Source of the DNA: a virus
Lineage: Duplodnaviria; Caudoviricetes
Virus record (IMG/VR): IMGVR_UViG_3300005533_000243
Span: 1 to 59,845 of that record
Length of the DNA stretch: 59,845 bases
Strand: one strand, 5' to 3'
Shown here piece after piece: positions 58,101 to 59,845 of the stretch (position 1 is the first letter of the stretch; each line of letters opens with the position of its first letter). Under the pieces are notes generated by a model, which saw only the letters and a list, made by a program, of their open reading frames with translations, was not told the DNA's origin and made no database searches. The translations under genes and the position numbers were made by a program.

Positions 58101-58905
58101 GTTCATGACCGGTCTGCTCGGCGGTCTTCCGCTCGAGGTGGGCAAGATCGCGGGTCTCGTCGGCAAGGGCCTCGGCATCACGCAGAACGACTGGAACGAC
58201 TTCGAGCGCTGGCAATACGAGCAGGCGGTGAAGAACCTCGGCAAAGAAGGCGCCGAGTACATCATGCACGGTGCCGGCCGGCTGCTGGGGGTCGACGTCC
58301 ATCACCGTCTCGGCCTCAACTCGCTCTTCACGTTCGGTATGCCCGAGAAGCTCACGGGCGAGAACGTTTGGGCGTTCCTCGCCAAGACCGCGGCCGGCGC
58401 TCCGGGCGGCCTCGTCGAGGACGCGATCAAGGGCTTCCAAAAGATGATGCAGGGGAATATCGCCGACGGCGCGGCGCAGGCGTTCCCGCTTCAGGTGGTG
58501 CGCGACGTCAAGCGCGCGCTCGAGGGCGGGAAGCAGAGCGGATACGAATACAAGTCGCCGGGCGAGGTGGCTGCGCGGTTCCTCGGATTCACGCCTTCGG
58601 GCGAAGCAGAATATTACGAGCGCAAGAGCGAGGCTTACAACCTCAAACAGAAATACACCGACGAGAAGAACGCGCTGACGAAGCGCTGGTCGGATGCGAA
58701 GCCCGACGAGAAGGCGCAAGTCTGGGCCGCGGTGCAGAAGTGGAACGCGGACAAGCCCAAGGACGCGCAGCTCACCATGGCTGATCTTCAGAAGAGCGCG
58801 CATCGGCGCGAGAAGAATAAAGAGAGCTCGAACCGGATCTACGACATCAATCTCGATAAGCGCACCAAGTTCATCCAGGACCGTGCCGAAGCGATCTATC
58901 GCTAA
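52123..58905 (+). CDS. Large polyvalent ejection protein (InPase-like domain, zincin HEXXH domain, helical C-terminus)
   Basis: PTPAQKEAGNYAKGH...IENPRGS...HYGYVKRTEGADGDQVDVYVG...FDEHKAMLG; HEATH...EFIAE. Confidence 0.85.
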   Translation: MAEGDPWWSGLYNDSSEAPAPDNSSPTWGDYGKALKSGAEELGASIGAGIQEYASDETPEGRLVKEMGGVIRRNLGDQAEDTSQSMTPVARQRLEASITSPEFWNHPLSSTALKATKMSPAAAAMIVPGGLIADATAATIATAGVGGALNVAQLVDNVYKMVDQLPDDQLRAKSDYYNTLRDSNVSEEDARQQLKSRLVTDAKPALNFAVGSVAAALGPSAAIVRGAKGATAVIGAGERGALGRAAIGAGEAGAGMGTQTGVEEASRQQAAIQEGLQQNFDTDKLVEAVLEPTYLGAITGGAAGAVIKGKGVKTEPKPKVETETETTSPAAEDRGVTDEKVGTSQVQKGTGTGNQPPPPDAKRPDVRYPKPSASDEEKIRSATLEDVLARTRQNKGAEVVDVVGPTSEQELALGKTERLANQDVNPDVNPDLVERRDDVQPPAGPPEQPDVTQEVTAAPRPAAPPAPEVRPEDVAPPKDVETPQAPRVLPALDQDTAQNVRATNQRIAANVKEAQPKEPKGKNRSKTDQEARAKSAAAAEALFVRSVPDEHVMPTTPAQRGELRDRLKAISDEADKLGIQVPTKVGYANTPDHIVWLREVKNLAKRMDQKSFVGKRAAEHIGTFLAREKAAKAGDFSVMRNERKAEGDLAMRRDQGEVENAAPSAGLVAESPEDAIIRREEEEGRVAPEAPRPAPKPRAPETPEKASARTKIEEIKKKARAQAEAKEAEEKDRPWRRIQLTEEQKKAAIESLEKNMKRPPRPEPIADAMREVETNPTPAQKEAGNYAKGHINVQGLKISIENPRGSVRRGGAPGKEWETKVPDHYGYVKRTEGADGDQVDVYVGRHPDSDRVYVVDQMDHRTGRFDEHKAMLGYRTQEEAESAYKRGFSDGKGAARMGAVTEMSVGDFKNWLREGDTKNPVSESAPRASTAEDVGRLLDEEAERKQPPQPIRTTTTGEILKNLDLKHLADVPGAIQPFIARRLRNLVGDNEVQVISKDDMSKWRGPKDLGLYTYDPETRKTIVYVREDQFANKRQLAHTMIHEATHAATVHSLEMHPQQKELVRQMMGEVGEFLHHPVDAKRTLARDKFSYAMTSEREFIAEAFSNPDFQRFLSLIPTSRELSEKLSLDHRRSSSMWDAVVDYVRRIVERVTGKIPGDVHNMMSAIMRHGETLMNIEKNRQIRNGDIPIAYADRIEAPLTIRDAIEGGAEAVKRVASDPVESIKQFADRPDAWRLLKTLGHKLLTNDQFRQRVEPVLPHARTVFDLVEKQGVYANKLKQEGNRLIADLMGLEKKLPGAFDKWSDLVNRQTAFGVDASSPLGISRNEYLALSKTNQQRMASGKYSPEDAPMAHWEAQAAHPGLAKEFNDLATQHPEFREAQERLFRFFEEAQADMTRGHIDQYLRAAGVDESTRVTESKRLLNANPTKELIEELENKYGDVVAKQILDAKKLSGKEGVYAPLVRHGDYVVSGKYKVAEPTNAVNKVDENTWEFRTRKEAYNFAQKTGLHYNVDTVYYDPNTGERTTKMGGLSQTGSAEQRYEVNVQRKHVEFSESLKDAQARQKELHESGVLEREPYVEEKQDYIGRDAEIGAGALHTIMKKLEQTDEYRRATNVQKQEMRKALEEAALVTQAGNRVQSRRLPRRRVEGASDDLTRNMAIYNDSQSNYRAKVEFRPKVEEAIRDMQKYVEDNRYSKEGALDPNALSRSEAANEVIARARALDPNEYSGTYTDWTRRLSTWSYIDRMARPSHLLLHQTHLPMITAPFISGRHGLAATYGVMLRTWKTAVRFYQAGGNDFVKSIADGLHEGTDYDKLVKESFKGEKDSGRLNKMFDTLAEIGLIHPQAGLEVHKYAPSRQLKGAVGVMDKTIAKLDTVFRHATNATEAINRYVGAAMAYRLEYAKLRKTMSEQKAHDGAVEYARQTLANTQGFYSSTNAAPLFKNKWLRPFLQFRQFPQMMYHLLISTAEKAFSGDDVRTRVQAAASLATVLGTHTFMTGLLGGLPLEVGKIAGLVGKGLGITQNDWNDFERWQYEQAVKNLGKEGAEYIMHGAGRLLGVDVHHRLGLNSLFTFGMPEKLTGENVWAFLAKTAAGAPGGLVEDAIKGFQKMMQGNIADGAAQAFPLQVVRDVKRALEGGKQSGYEYKSPGEVAARFLGFTPSGEAEYYERKSEAYNLKQKYTDEKNALTKRWSDAKPDEKAQVWAAVQKWNADKPKDAQLTMADLQKSAHRREKNKESSNRIYDINLDKRTKFIQDRAEAIYR

Positions 58906-59048
58906 TGGAACAGCACGCGGCGTTCTGGCTGATTTTTGGCGCGGTTATTCTTGCGGTGTTCTGTATCGAGTTCAAAGACCCGAAGGCGCCGCAGGATGAC
59001 TGGAAGGAGAGACGCCTCAAGCGCGTCAAAGTGAAAGACAAGGAATGA
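58905..59048 (+). CDS. 47-aa single-TM protein not in the ORF track
   Basis: TAATG and ATGA overlaps; MEQHAAFWLIFGAVILAVFC. Confidence 0.6.
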   Translation: MEQHAAFWLIFGAVILAVFCIEFKDPKAPQDDWKERRLKRVKVKDKE

Positions 59049-59254
59049 AAGAGCAGTTCGCGTACCTATGGAATATCGTCGAGCACTGGCCGTACGGCGT
59101 TCGAGTCATGTGGGCCTACCTACTCGCAACGATCCTGGTCGCGACGCTGCTTGATATTTTCCGCCCCGGCTTCCTCATGCCGGACGACGACCCCAAAGAC
59201 GACCACGGACTCGGCGGACAGTATCCGCCTTGGAATAAGGAGAAGGACAGATGA
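59045..59254 (+). CDS. Small membrane protein
   Basis: One TM; ATGA overlaps. Confidence 0.6.
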   Translation: MKEQFAYLWNIVEHWPYGVRVMWAYLLATILVATLLDIFRPGFLMPDDDPKDDHGLGGQYPPWNKEKDR

Positions 59255-59430
59255 GCAAGTACAAGAAGGTCGCCCCCGGCGCACACCCCGGTTTCAAGGC
59301 CGTGCAGGGGCAGATCGCGCACAAGGAGGGTATCTCGATGGCGAACGCCGGCGCGATCCTCGCCGCGCGCACGCGCAAGGCGGGCGCCGCCGCGCGCCGC
59401 CGGAACCCCCGCCTCAACCGCGTGAAGTGA
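59251..59430 (+). CDS. 59-aa basic protein not in the ORF track
   Basis: AAGGA RBS; MSKYKKVAPGAHPGFKAVQ...NPRLNRVK. Confidence 0.7.
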   Translation: MSKYKKVAPGAHPGFKAVQGQIAHKEGISMANAGAILAARTRKAGAAARRRNPRLNRVK

Positions 59431-59573
59431 TGGACTACGGCGACAAGCTGATGGCGGTGATGAAGACGATCCGGACGAAGCTCGATGCGTCGGGCTACGG
59501 GTCGTTCGTCAGCGACAAGCAGGTCGAAGATCTCGCCGTGGAAATCTTAGCGTCGATCGGTATCCGGGAATGA
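59430..59573 (+). CDS. Small hypothetical protein
   Basis: TGATG and ATGA overlaps; MDYGDKL. Confidence 0.6.
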   Translation: MDYGDKLMAVMKTIRTKLDASGYGSFVSDKQVEDLAVEILASIGIRE

Positions 59574-59845
59574 GTAATTACGGAAAACGAGACCCGAGCT
59601 CACACCGCACGCCCGAGCAGATTCGGGCGATGGATCACGGCTACAACCACACGCCGGAGCACATCAAAGGTCGCTCCGAGCGCAACCAGGCGCGCCGCAT
59701 CGTGGCGAAGCGCGACGGGAAGGCGGCGATCAAGGGCAAGGACGTCGACCACAAGAAAATGGTCAAGGACGGCGGCACGAATAACCCATCGAACCTGCGC
59801 GTGAAGAGCGCGCACTGGAATAGGGGTTGGCGCGCGCGTGTCTGA
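59570..59845 (+). CDS. HNH endonuclease
   Basis: KDVDHKK...GGTNNPSNLRV...WNR. Confidence 0.82.
   Translation: MSNYGKRDPSSHRTPEQIRAMDHGYNHTPEHIKGRSERNQARRIVAKRDGKAAIKGKDVDHKKMVKDGGTNNPSNLRVKSAHWNRGWRARV

Larger units (their letters stand above)
1..59845. mobile_element. Near-complete temperate phage/prophage genome, podovirus-like
   Basis: Integrase, replication, lysis, terminase, portal, capsid, tail fibre and ejection modules all present; no host housekeeping genes; both window ends are stop codons of converging genes. Confidence 0.93.

Noticed and set aside
1-59845. tRNA, tmRNA or phage RNA polymerase genes
   Set aside because: None recognised by eye; tRNAscan-SE or ARAGORN would be needed to exclude RNA genes

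Overview
The window looks like an essentially complete ~60 kb GC-rich temperate tailed phage (Caudoviricetes) or prophage. Podovirus-like morphology is inferred because I see no tape measure, tail tube or sheath genes, but do see tail tubular/nozzle-like and large ejection proteins. An alphaproteobacterial host is a tentative inference. The left arm (1-25.9 kb, minus strand) carries a tyrosine integrase, a SemiSWEET/PQ-loop-like membrane protein, HD phosphohydrolase, primase-helicase, SNF2 helicase, VRR-NUC, PD-(D/E)XK exonuclease, family A DNA polymerase, a MoxR-like AAA ATPase plus vWA/metallopeptidase pair, dNMP kinase, thermonuclease and many small early genes. A structured, largely non-coding control region (24.9-26.6 kb) separates the arms. 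The right arm (mostly plus strand) carries a lysis cassette containing a fatty-acid hydroxylase and a secreted alpha/beta-hydrolase, an inverted terS-HNH-terL block, portal, scaffold, capsid, tail fibres, GNAT, ejection proteins and a 2260-aa polyvalent protein. The strongest unexplained signals are non-coding: (i) about 19 exact and 7 variant copies of GTWAC-N7/8-GTWAC, many fused to stop codons and RBSs; (ii) 8 co-oriented copies of GTGAGTGCGCRC confined to the left arm; (iii) an exact 20-nt inverted copy of the integrase leader 24.7 kb away in a hairpin-rich non-coding region; (iv) two orphan OmpR-type winged-helix proteins and a leaderless HTH gene as candidate binders; (v) five diverged small paralogues among the early genes. 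All counts were made by eye and all family calls come from motif recognition, not database searches.
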